In this document: positions 8,979 through 17,529 of the stretch, piece after piece
Layout: the number at the start of each line of letters is the position of its first letter
Numbering within the stretch: position 1 is the stretch's first letter
From: an uncultured Gammaproteobacteria bacterium
GTDB lineage: Bacteria > Patescibacteriota > Microgenomatia > Levybacterales > GWA1-39-11
NCBI GenBank assembly: GCA_964511965.1
Contig: CAZEGF010000023.1
Span: 108,887-164,724, forward strand
Length of the DNA stretch: 55,838 nucleotides
Direction: 5' to 3'
Program-made: the position numbers and the translations under genes
Notes under the pieces: generated by a model
Databases searched by the model: none
Seen by the model: only the letters and a program-made list of their open reading frames with translations
What the model was told of the DNA's origin: nothing

Positions 8979-9362
8979 ATGACTGGTTTTGTTGGGAACA
9001 TAGAGGAACTAACACTTGCGAATAATTATTTCCGGCATGTAATTTATACCGGACAGCATTCACAGTTGGTGGTAATGAGTCTTAATCCTAACGAAGAAAT
9101 CGGGTTTGAGGTTCATGAGATAGTTGATCAATTTTTAAGGATTGAAAAAGGGGAAGGTAGGGTGATTATGAATGGAGAAGAAACCATTTTAAAAGATGGA
9201 AGTGCTATATTCGTCCCCGCAGGAGTAAAACATAATGTAGTTAACACATCTTCAGAAAATACACTAAAGCTTTATACTGTGTATTCTCCCCCACATCACA
9301 AAGATGGGACAATTCATAAAACTAGAAAAGATGCAGAGTCAGATACAGAAGACCACATCTAA
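8979..9362 (+). CDS. cupin-domain protein
   Basis: Cupin motifs 'G.EVHE...DQFLRIEKGEG' and 'GSAIFVPAGVKHNVVN'. About 127 aa from the ATG at 8979. Confidence 0.8.
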   Translation: MTGFVGNIEELTLANNYFRHVIYTGQHSQLVVMSLNPNEEIGFEVHEIVDQFLRIEKGEGRVIMNGEETILKDGSAIFVPAGVKHNVVNTSSENTLKLYTVYSPPHHKDGTIHKTRKDAESDTEDHI

Positions 9363-9475
9363 CCTCTTTTAAGTTACAAATTTAAGACAGACTTTAACCG
9401 AAGTTATCGCAAGAGTAATTTTTTGCTTACCGGCATGATCCAGGTTTTAAGAACGAAAAGCAATTACCAAAGACA

Positions 9476-9501
9476 TTTTCAATTATATAAAAAATTGAAA
9501 A
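9476..9501. terminator. weak AT-rich hairpin (ttttcaatt-N8-aattgaaaa) between the cupin gene and the 3' end of tRNA-Glu
   Basis: 9-bp perfect inverted repeat read directly, with A/T runs on both sides. It has only one G:C pair, so terminator function is uncertain. Confidence 0.25.
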
Positions 9502-9524
9502 AAAGTAGTGTAATTACTGGAATG

Positions 9525-9596
9525 TGACCCCACCGGAATTCGAATCCGGGTCTCTTGGATGAGAACCAAGTGTCCTAACCACTAGACTATGGGGCC
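9525..9596 (-). tRNA. tRNA-Glu (anticodon CUC), 72 nt, CCA not encoded
   Basis: Manual cloverleaf on the minus strand: GGCCCCA-TA-GTCT-AGTGGTTA-GGAC-A-CTTGG-TTCTCAT-CCAAG-AGAC-CCGGA-TTCGAAT-TCCGG-TGGGGTC-A. All four stems pair, the T-loop is TTCGAAT, and the anticodon loop is TT-CTC-AT. Confidence 0.9.
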
Positions 9597-9617
9597 GTGA
9601 GGTATATTTTACCTCAC
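9597..9617 (-). other. 8-bp hairpin (gtgaggta-N5-tacctcac) directly abutting the tRNA 5' end; its loop region carries a TAAAAT -10-like box
   Basis: Read directly. The minus strand reads gtgaggTAAAATatacctcac followed by G1 of the tRNA. Confidence 0.3.
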
Positions 9618-9687
9618 AGTAGGCTAATAACTCAAGCTTTGAACTAACTTTACAAAAAACTAACTTTGTAGTATCATATGACCCATA

Positions 9688-10227
9688 GTGTTAGTAGAGG
9701 GACGAACAACTCATACTGCAACTCCAATATCCCCACGAGGGGCTGATTTACTGTCTCCTGAAGAATTCACATCTTTCTATCCATATGTAGTCAGATACGC
9801 AAATAATACCCAACATCACGGAGATTCGTTAATATTCACTCCGCACTCCGGAGAGCACGACTCATTTGGTGTATTTTTTTATGCGCTTGCTGACCTATCT
9901 CAGGCTAAAAATGAGGAATATAAGAATAGATATTTATTTAAATCTGAAGATGTTGTTGCTTCTTCATCTATACCAGTAGAGGTTCGTGAAAAGGGGGTTT
10001 TGACACTTCCAGGAAAAAAATTCAAAGAGGAGGAAGAAAGAATTAGACAGATGTTGTACCCAGGTAGGGATGTCACAACTCTCAAAATAGGTGAGCATTA
10101 TACGGTTGGGGAGACAGTTTATAAAGAAAATCTCATTTTAAGAATTGCCCCAGAATCATTTGAAAGATTGCCAATTCTTACAGTTCCTACAGTTCTAACT
10201 TTAAATACCGCGTGCAGATTAGGATAG
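9688..10227 (+). CDS. hypothetical protein (179 aa), weakly supported start
   Basis: Long ORF with a non-repetitive composition. The only N-terminal start is the GTG at 9688, with no -10/N6 geometry or SD. No family recognised. Confidence 0.4.
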   Translation: MLVEGRTTHTATPISPRGADLLSPEEFTSFYPYVVRYANNTQHHGDSLIFTPHSGEHDSFGVFFYALADLSQAKNEEYKNRYLFKSEDVVASSSIPVEVREKGVLTLPGKKFKEEEERIRQMLYPGRDVTTLKIGEHYTVGETVYKENLILRIAPESFERLPILTVPTVLTLNTACRLG

Positions 10228-10260
10228 GTGCAATTTATACAAAATAATCATCAGAATGTA

Positions 10261-10266
10261 TATAAT
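10261..10266 (+). promoter_or_regulatory. -10 box TATAAT, 6 nt upstream of the ATG at 10273 (predicted leaderless start at the head of the glycosylation cluster)
   Basis: Reads gaatgtaTATAATgttgatATGtct. The ATG at 10273 gives the typical GT2 N-terminus 'MSQFLLSVVIPSYNE'. Confidence 0.55.
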
Positions 10267-10272
10267 GTTGAT

Positions 10273-11028
10273 ATGTCTCAATTCCTACTTTCAGTGGTTA
10301 TTCCCTCATACAACGAAATGGGAAATCTACAAAAAGGAATACTCAACAAGATCCAAAAGTATCTCGATCGTCAACCATATAATTATGAAGTGATTATCGT
10401 TGATGATGGATCAACAGATGACAGCAGGGATTTTATAAAAAGATTTACAAAAGAAGAAAAAGAATTTCACCTCATTGAAAACACCCACACAGGTAAAGCT
10501 GGAGCTGTAACAGCGGGAGTACTTGCTGCCCACGGAGACTACATTTTATTTACCGATATGGATCAAGCTACTCCGATTGAGGAGTTAGAGAAAATAATGC
10601 CATATATTGATAAAGGATTTGACGTAGTTATTGGATCGCGTAGTGGAAATAGAAAAGGGGCACCATTTACGAGAAAAATTATGGCAAAAAGTATGATGAT
10701 TTTAAGATCTGCAATCGTGGGGTTGCCTGAAATTACAGATACTCAATGTGGTTTTAAGCTTTTTACCAAAGAAGCAGCCAAAAAAGTTTTTGAAAAAGTG
10801 AAAGAGTCACACCATGGATTTAAAAAAATCCATGGGTCATCAGTTACTGCAGGATTTGATATTGAACTTTTGTTTATTGCAAAGAATATGGGATTTAAAA
10901 TAAAGGAAGTTCCTGTCAGTTGGTTGTATGTTGAAACAAGAAGAGTAAGTCCTATAAAAGATTCTGTTGATGGTTTTTTTGAGTTATTCAAAATAAGAGG
11001 TAATATCAAATCTGGTAAATACGACTAA
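10273..11028 (+). CDS. GT2 glycosyltransferase, polyprenyl-phosphate sugar synthase type (DPM1/GtrB/Alg5-like)
   Basis: Motifs 'SVVIPSYNE', 'EVIIVDDGSTDDS', 'FTDMDQATP' (DxD region), 'TQCGFKLF'. About 250 aa with no long membrane tail. The ORF track starts at the GTG at 10228, but the ATG at 10273 is preferred. Confidence 0.85.
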   Translation: MSQFLLSVVIPSYNEMGNLQKGILNKIQKYLDRQPYNYEVIIVDDGSTDDSRDFIKRFTKEEKEFHLIENTHTGKAGAVTAGVLAAHGDYILFTDMDQATPIEELEKIMPYIDKGFDVVIGSRSGNRKGAPFTRKIMAKSMMILRSAIVGLPEITDTQCGFKLFTKEAAKKVFEKVKESHHGFKKIHGSSVTAGFDIELLFIAKNMGFKIKEVPVSWLYVETRRVSPIKDSVDGFFELFKIRGNIKSGKYD

Positions 11029-11029
11029 T

Positions 11030-12187
11030 ATGTCAAAGAAATTCTTTGTTCCACTGTGGGTCTTTGGATCTGTTCTTTTATTTCTCTATTCATTTACTCA
11101 AGTTGATCTTTCTTTGACTCTTTCAAGAGCTTCCATCTTTCAAACTATTGAGAAGAGTTTTCAATATGTTGGGTGGTTCAATAGACCTCTATCAACCTAT
11201 TTGTATATAGGAGTTTTTGTCATTTTATTCGCACTTTATCTATGGACTTTAATCCTTGTATCCAAAAAAAAGCTCAATAGAAAAACAGTTTGGATAGGAA
11301 TAATTGTAATCACCGGTATTCTTACTTTGTCTTACAATGCATTTTCGTATGACCTTTTTAACTACATTTTCGATGCAAAAATAGTAACACACTATCATTT
11401 AAATCCTTATATTCATAAAGCCTTAGACTTTTCCGGTGATCCCATGCTTTCTTTCATGCGCTGGACTCATAGAGTTTATCCATATGGTCCACTTTGGTTA
11501 GTGCTCACTGTTCCAATAAGTTTTATTGGACACAATATTTTCTTTTTAACTTTTTATCTTTTTAAAATCATGATTGCGTCTTTTTTCATACTTTGTGTAT
11601 GGTCAATTGAGAAGATAGGAAAGAGCCTTAAGCTTGATAATGTTCTTTATCCTGTTGTGGCATTTGCTTTCAATCCATACGTTCTTAGTGAAAGCCTTGT
11701 TAGCGCTCACAATGACATAGTCATGATGGGGCTTTGCCTATATGCAACAAGTTTACTTATCGATAAACAGGCATTGAAAGGTAGTGTGATGTATATTCTC
11801 TCAGCTGCTTTAAAATTTGCTACAGGATTATCTTTTATTGGGTTTCTAGTACTTCTTGTGATCCGGAAGACTAAATTCCTTATTCCAGTTTCGCTAATTT
11901 TGATGATTGGAGCGGTAGTACTTGCTTCACTTAGGACAAATTTCCAGCCATGGTATCTTTTATATGCATTCCCCTTTGCCGCATTGCTTATTAAAAGACG
12001 TGCGATCCGATTTCCTTATTATATATTTACAATTGCAAGCATTGCTTATTACATACCATTTCTTTATAACGGAAATTGGGATCCGCCAATTCCTATGACC
12101 CTTAACTACATTATTCTAGGAGCTACAGCTCTCTCAATAGTTATTTTTTTGGTTTATTTTCCCCATTCAAAAAAAGAAACAGGCTAG
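11030..12187 (+). CDS. polytopic membrane protein, GT-C-like (DUF2029 / GT87 / MptB-like mannosyltransferase pattern)
   Basis: About 10 helices. The first-loop pattern 'SYDLFNYIFDAKIVTHYHLNPYIH......YPYGPLWL' resembles the 'S.D.F.Y..DG......NPY......YGP' signature of polyprenyl-P-mannose-dependent GT-C enzymes. Confidence 0.55.
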   Translation: MSKKFFVPLWVFGSVLLFLYSFTQVDLSLTLSRASIFQTIEKSFQYVGWFNRPLSTYLYIGVFVILFALYLWTLILVSKKKLNRKTVWIGIIVITGILTLSYNAFSYDLFNYIFDAKIVTHYHLNPYIHKALDFSGDPMLSFMRWTHRVYPYGPLWLVLTVPISFIGHNIFFLTFYLFKIMIASFFILCVWSIEKIGKSLKLDNVLYPVVAFAFNPYVLSESLVSAHNDIVMMGLCLYATSLLIDKQALKGSVMYILSAALKFATGLSFIGFLVLLVIRKTKFLIPVSLILMIGAVVLASLRTNFQPWYLLYAFPFAALLIKRRAIRFPYYIFTIASIAYYIPFLYNGNWDPPIPMTLNYIILGATALSIVIFLVYFPHSKKETG

Positions 12188-12194
12188 GCATTTC

Positions 12195-12203
12195 TGTTAC
12201 AAT
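12195..12203 (+). promoter_or_regulatory. extended -10 box TGtTACAAT, 6 nt upstream of the ATG at 12210 (predicted internal leaderless start)
   Basis: Reads ttcTGtTACAATaaccctATGgtg, inside a 22-bp intergenic gap. Confidence 0.5.
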
Positions 12204-12209
12204 AACCCT

Positions 12210-13757
12210 ATGGTGTCTATTAAGAAATTATTTCCCGAAATTCTTTTTGCTCCTGTATTACTAATTTTATTTTTAGCAACACGTCTTACAAATATTCTGT
12301 CACTCCCAATTTTTACAGATGAGGCTATCTATACCCGATGGTCCCAAATTGCCAGATATGATTCAAATTGGCGATTTATTTCACTAACAGATGGCAAGCA
12401 GCCAGCTTTTGTGTGGTTGGACATGATAGTTATGCGGTTTTTTTCTGACCCATTGCTTGGTGGAAGGGTAGTATCTGTTATTTGTGGGTTTTTTGTCGTT
12501 TTGGGATTGTATTTTTTAACTTTCGAGATATTTAAAAATGAAAAATATAAAAGAATAATGGGCATTGTCGCCTCTGCTTTGGCCGTTATTTATCCATTTC
12601 TGATTGTGTATGACAAGCTGGCACTGTACGAAAGCATGATTGCTGCTTTTATGATATGGGCTTTGTACTTTCAGATACTACTTATCAGAAGAATACGTTT
12701 TGACCTAGCGCTTGTTACCGGATTTGTCATGGGAGGAGCTGTTCTTACAAAATCTTCAGGTTTTCTAGCACTTTATTTGATTCCTTTCATATTTCTTCTT
12801 TTCAATTTTAGTAATAAAAATAATAAGCAGAGACTAATAAGGGCTGTCGGATATTTTTTAGTTGTTTTTATAGTAGTGAACGTTTTCTATTCTGTTTTGC
12901 GGCTCTCACCTTTTTACCACATCATAAATCAAAAAAATTCAATTTTCGTCTATGATGTAGGCTCTTGGATTAAGCTTCCTATTAACGCAAAAATAGATAA
13001 TTTAGTAAGCAATAGTCGCGGACTTACCGATTGGTTTTTCAATTATTTCACGATTGTCTGGGCTCTTCTTGTAGGAGTATCATTTTTTATAAAAAGATCT
13101 TTCACAAAGGAAAAGTTAGTATTGTTTTTATGGTTTTTCCTTCCATTCCTTGCGCTTTGCTTTCTAGGAAAAACCCTTTATCCAAGATATCTACTGTTTA
13201 TGACAATTCCATTGATCCCGTTAGTTGCATATAGCGCAACACTTTTGTTTTTTAAATTTAAAAATATACTTATTAGGATTATTTTAATTATTCTTGTGCT
13301 TATTATTCCTCTCTGGACTGACTATTTTGTTATATTTGATTTTGCCCGTGCACCTATTCCAAAAATTGATTTGGAGCAACTTATCAATGGATGGCCTGCC
13401 GGAGGAGGTATACGGGAAAGTGTTGAGTTCTTTAGAGAGCAATCAAAAAATGGAGAAATTATGGTAGGTACTCAAGGAACTTTTGGTCTGATGCCTGCAG
13501 CTTATGAAATCTATTTTCGTGACAATCCGAATGTACGGATTAATGGCTTCTGGCCGGTAGAGAGCGATAAGGTACCTGATTTACTGATGGATTATGCGCA
13601 TAGAATACCAACGTATTTCGTATTCTACCAACCATGTCCTACCTGTGAAGTTGCAGGAATTGCTCCAAAGACATTAAATTTAAAAGAAATTGCATCATAC
13701 AATAAAGGAATTGGGACGACAAAACTTACCATTTACCAAGTGTTACCCACTAAGTGA
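12210..13757 (+). CDS. ArnT/PMT_2-like GT-C membrane glycosyltransferase
   Basis: First-loop acidic motif 'LPIFTDEAIYTRW'. About 12 helices. C-terminal soluble domain of ~140 aa. Confidence 0.7.
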   Translation: MVSIKKLFPEILFAPVLLILFLATRLTNILSLPIFTDEAIYTRWSQIARYDSNWRFISLTDGKQPAFVWLDMIVMRFFSDPLLGGRVVSVICGFFVVLGLYFLTFEIFKNEKYKRIMGIVASALAVIYPFLIVYDKLALYESMIAAFMIWALYFQILLIRRIRFDLALVTGFVMGGAVLTKSSGFLALYLIPFIFLLFNFSNKNNKQRLIRAVGYFLVVFIVVNVFYSVLRLSPFYHIINQKNSIFVYDVGSWIKLPINAKIDNLVSNSRGLTDWFFNYFTIVWALLVGVSFFIKRSFTKEKLVLFLWFFLPFLALCFLGKTLYPRYLLFMTIPLIPLVAYSATLLFFKFKNILIRIILIILVLIIPLWTDYFVIFDFARAPIPKIDLEQLINGWPAGGGIRESVEFFREQSKNGEIMVGTQGTFGLMPAAYEIYFRDNPNVRINGFWPVESDKVPDLLMDYAHRIPTYFVFYQPCPTCEVAGIAPKTLNLKEIASYNKGIGTTKLTIYQVLPTK

Positions 13758-15397
13758 GCATGAGGAGTAAATATCTACTACTTGTAATTTTACTGTCGAT
13801 TCTTCCTATAATTCCCTATTTTATAACTTCAAATCTTCTTCATACTCATGACGGACTCGTGCATTTGCCAAGACTTGCCGCCTATTTTAAAGCACTTTCG
13901 GAGGGAAGTATTCCAGTAAGGTTTGCCGGTTATCTTAATTATGGGTATGGATTACCATTATTTAATTTCATATATCAATTTCCCTATTGGGTGGGATCCT
14001 TACTTCTTGTTTTGGGATTTGGACTCGTTAATGCTTTCAAGATCTCTATAACTTTTAGTTTTATTTTATCAGGTATTTTCATGTTCATGTTTGGACAGGA
14101 ATATTTTGAAGACGACAAGAAAGCATTTTTAGCAACCATTTTTTATCAGTTTGCTCCATTTAGAATGGTGGAGCTTTTGGTCCGTGGAAGTTATGGTGAG
14201 GTTTACACGTATGCATTTCTACCCTTGGTTTTGAATGGGTTAACATTGCTTAGTAAAAAGAGAGCACTAAAGGGATTTATAACAACAGCAATTGCGGTTT
14301 TTTTTCTTATAATTTCTCATAATTCTGTTGCATTAATGTTCTTTGGAGCTGCAGTTTTATTTGTAATGTTTACTTTCAAAAGTTTGAACAAAGCAATTTT
14401 TGCAATTTTATCAATGCTTATGGGCCTTTGTCTTTCAGCATTTTATTGGATACCTGCACTTTTAGAACACAAATACACATTCGGAGATTTATTTATGGCA
14501 AAATTATATGAGTCCTATTTTCCTTCTTTTCAAAATTTCTTCATACCAAACTTCAACAATAACCCATCTCTTCAAACAACAGGAATAACAACTTATATAG
14601 GGCTTTTACAAAGTACAGTTTTAATCCTAGGTTTAATAATGCTATTTCTCAAACGCAAAAAGATCAAAGAATATAGCCGTATTTTTTATTATGCATATGT
14701 ACTAATAATAATTTCATTTTTCTTCATGAATCCTGTCTCAAAATTTATATGGAGTTCTAATGTTGGCTCGATGCTTCGTCAATTTCAATTTCCCTGGAGA
14801 TTTCTGGCTCTTATTGTTCTTGCAACTTCATTACTTTCAGTTAGTTTTTTTGTATTAAGTAAACGGTTTTCAAAAGGACTGTTTTACTTTACTATCGTTT
14901 CTATAACAGTTTTGTCCGTTGCATTTTACTGGAAGGGTAGTCTTGGGTACGACAAAATCAATGAAAAATATTATTGGAATTTTCCACTAACAACAACCTA
15001 TTATGGTGAGACAGATGTTGTTTGGTCAGAAGGACCTGCAAAAAAATATCCAAAAGCGCGAGTTGAATTTACAAGCGGAGGCGGAACAGTTTCTAATTTT
15101 TCTAAGAAAAATACCTTTCATTCCTTTGACATATTTGCAACAAGTAATTCAGAATTAGTCAGTCACACAGAATACTTTCCCGGATGGACCGTAATAGTTG
15201 ACGGAGTAAAAGTTCCAATTCAATTTCAGAATGCAAATCATAGAGGAGAAATTCTTTTTAATGTAACACGGGGCACTCATCATATTGTTATAAAGTTTGA
15301 AGAAAGCAAAATAAGGGCACTTGCAGATATTATTAGTATATTGTCCATTATAATTTTAGCATTTGTTTTATTATTCAAAAAAAAGTTATTTAGATGA
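13754..15397 (+). CDS. PTPS_related / COG5617-type polytopic membrane protein (GT-C-like), paralog 1 of 4
   Basis: Blocks shared with 19201, 20742 and 26453: 'HTHDG..H..R', 'FPVRF...L.YGYG.P.FNFY', 'VRGS.GE', 'SHNS', 'QFPWRF', and C-terminal 'YFPGW.V.VDG'. Start is the GTG at 13754 (GTGA overlap) or the ATG at 13760. Confidence 0.7.
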   Translation: MSMRSKYLLLVILLSILPIIPYFITSNLLHTHDGLVHLPRLAAYFKALSEGSIPVRFAGYLNYGYGLPLFNFIYQFPYWVGSLLLVLGFGLVNAFKISITFSFILSGIFMFMFGQEYFEDDKKAFLATIFYQFAPFRMVELLVRGSYGEVYTYAFLPLVLNGLTLLSKKRALKGFITTAIAVFFLIISHNSVALMFFGAAVLFVMFTFKSLNKAIFAILSMLMGLCLSAFYWIPALLEHKYTFGDLFMAKLYESYFPSFQNFFIPNFNNNPSLQTTGITTYIGLLQSTVLILGLIMLFLKRKKIKEYSRIFYYAYVLIIISFFFMNPVSKFIWSSNVGSMLRQFQFPWRFLALIVLATSLLSVSFFVLSKRFSKGLFYFTIVSITVLSVAFYWKGSLGYDKINEKYYWNFPLTTTYYGETDVVWSEGPAKKYPKARVEFTSGGGTVSNFSKKNTFHSFDIFATSNSELVSHTEYFPGWTVIVDGVKVPIQFQNANHRGEILFNVTRGTHHIVIKFEESKIRALADIISILSIIILAFVLLFKKKLFR

Positions 15398-17529
15398 AAA
15401 AATATTTACCTTTAATTACATTATTAATAGTATCAATTTTTTTCTTTTATCAAACTTTTTTTCTTTTTAAAGTTCCATTCCCGGGAGATCTTCTAGTCAG
15501 TGAGTATTCACCATGGAAGTACAGTTCCTATTTAGGATACAATCCGGGCTCATACCCAAATAAAGCTCAATATTTTGATGTAATAAGGCAATTATATCCA
15601 TGGAAAATTTTAGCAATGGATTTGTGGAAGAGTGGAACAATTCCATTGTGGAATCCATACAATTTTTCCGGAAGCCCTCTTCTTGCAAATAACCAATCAG
15701 GAGTATTTTACCCATTGAATGTATTATTTCTCATAAATGAAAATGGCGCTTCCTGGAGTATGTATATTTTCATGCAACCATTTCTTGCATCTCTTTTTAT
15801 GTATGTATATATCAGATCACTAAAGCGGTCAACATTTGCTGCATTAATATCTGCAATTTCGTTCGGGTTCTCTCTTTTCATGTCTACATTTTTAGAATAT
15901 GGAAATATTGGGCACACAATATTGTGGTTGCCTCTTATTCTTTTCTGTTTTGAAAAACTGAAGGAAAAAAAGATACTTTTTGCCCCCATTCTTACCATGG
16001 CAATATGTTTTGCTTTTTTTGCCGGACACCTGCAAATAGCCGCATCAATAGTTTTGTTTTCAATAGTTTATTTACTCATAACAAATATGAAAAACAAACG
16101 GGTTCTAATTACCGGATTTTCATTTATTTTTTTGGGAATACTATTATCAAGCATTCAATTAATTCCAACGCTTGAACTTTTGCTAAATTCAGCAAGAGAT
16201 GCACATTCTAGGCATATGATAAATGACTTATTTCTTTTGCAACCCCAACAATTACTATTATTATTCGCGCCGGATTCATATGGTAACCCGGCTACCCGTA
16301 ATTACCTTTTGACAGATACATATCCGGGTAATGCTATATATATAGGTATATTGCCTCTCCTTTTTGCGACAGGTGCTATATTTCGAAAGAAAAGAGAGAA
16401 ATTTGTTAATATTTTTTCGATATTTGTAATTACATTATTAATTTTATTTATCAAAAATCCAATCTCATCCTTTGTTTTTAATCAATCTATATTCTCAGCA
16501 AGTTCACCTTCTAATTTTTTCTATTTATTAGGATTTTGCTTAAGTGTTTTGTGTGCATATGGTGTTGACACAAAACAGGTCAAATTGAAAAAGTATTTAA
16601 TACAAATTGGAATAGTTGTTTTCTTACCAATATTTTTCTTTCTATTGCATTACCTTTTTCACATTCCAATTAATACTAAGCAATTCGTTGTGAGTCTAGT
16701 GGTAATTGGAATAAGTTGTGGGGCACTTTTACTGCTTAAAATAGTTAAAAATAAATACATTTGGATTCTTCCTCTTTTCGTACTTACTCTTGAGCTTTTT
16801 TACTTTTTTAACAAATTTAACCCATTTGTCCCTAAAAGTTTTATGTACCCGACAACGGATATAATAACTTACCTTCAAAAAAATGCAGGAAACAACAGAT
16901 TTATTGGTTACAAAGCAGCAGCAGTTGAGTCCAATTTTGCAACACAATTTCGAGCATATTCCCCGGATGGTTATGATCCGCTGTATCCAAAAATTTACAA
17001 TACATATACACATTCAAAATCAAGATCGGATGTAGTAATTGATCTTGCTAACAAACAAACATTAAATGAACTTGGTGTTAAGTATGTTTTGGACCGAGTT
17101 GAAAATGGGGCAGACCAAAAAGTATTTGATCCAAATCAGTTTTCAATAAGTTATACAAATAATAATTGGCGTGTATTTAAAAATAATAATTCTTACCCCA
17201 GGGCTTATGTGATTGATAAAAATCAGATTATTAACACAAACATAATTTCTTATACTCCAAATAAAGTAATAATTGCAAAAAATGAAGGAGAAGGTACACT
17301 TGTTCTGTCAGACACTTATTTTCCCGGGTGGAAAGCAACAATTGATGGAGTTGAGGAGAAAGTTTTGAGAGTAAACAATATCTTTAGAGCTGTTGAAGTT
17401 CCAAAAGGGAACCACACTGTTGTTTTTGATTACATACCAAAATCTTTCACTTGGGGTGTAATTATTACTATAATAAGTAGTATCACAACTTTTATTGCTT
17501 ATATTTGGATGAGAAAATATTCAAAATGA
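15394..17529 (+). CDS. YfhO-family GT-C membrane glycosyltransferase, paralog 1 of 3
   Basis: YfhO pattern 'LYPW......W..G.IPLWNPY.FSG.PLLAN.QSGVFYPLN', 'FAGHLQ', 'PD.YGNP', 'GYDPLY', and C-terminal 'YFPGWKATIDG'. ATGA overlap with the upstream gene. Confidence 0.85.
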   Translation: MKKYLPLITLLIVSIFFFYQTFFLFKVPFPGDLLVSEYSPWKYSSYLGYNPGSYPNKAQYFDVIRQLYPWKILAMDLWKSGTIPLWNPYNFSGSPLLANNQSGVFYPLNVLFLINENGASWSMYIFMQPFLASLFMYVYIRSLKRSTFAALISAISFGFSLFMSTFLEYGNIGHTILWLPLILFCFEKLKEKKILFAPILTMAICFAFFAGHLQIAASIVLFSIVYLLITNMKNKRVLITGFSFIFLGILLSSIQLIPTLELLLNSARDAHSRHMINDLFLLQPQQLLLLFAPDSYGNPATRNYLLTDTYPGNAIYIGILPLLFATGAIFRKKREKFVNIFSIFVITLLILFIKNPISSFVFNQSIFSASSPSNFFYLLGFCLSVLCAYGVDTKQVKLKKYLIQIGIVVFLPIFFFLLHYLFHIPINTKQFVVSLVVIGISCGALLLLKIVKNKYIWILPLFVLTLELFYFFNKFNPFVPKSFMYPTTDIITYLQKNAGNNRFIGYKAAAVESNFATQFRAYSPDGYDPLYPKIYNTYTHSKSRSDVVIDLANKQTLNELGVKYVLDRVENGADQKVFDPNQFSISYTNNNWRVFKNNNSYPRAYVIDKNQIINTNIISYTPNKVIIAKNEGEGTLVLSDTYFPGWKATIDGVEEKVLRVNNIFRAVEVPKGNHTVVFDYIPKSFTWGVIITIISSITTFIAYIWMRKYSK

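Noticed and set aside
10225-10227. Possible stop-codon readthrough or recoding of the in-frame TAG joining the 179-aa ORF to the GT2 ORF
   Set aside because: The GT2 gene has a canonical N-terminus (MSQFLLSVVIPSYNE) from the ATG at 10273, with a perfect TATAAT-N6-ATG promoter geometry. Nothing else in the window suggests TAG reassignment, so a shared frame is most simply coincidence.
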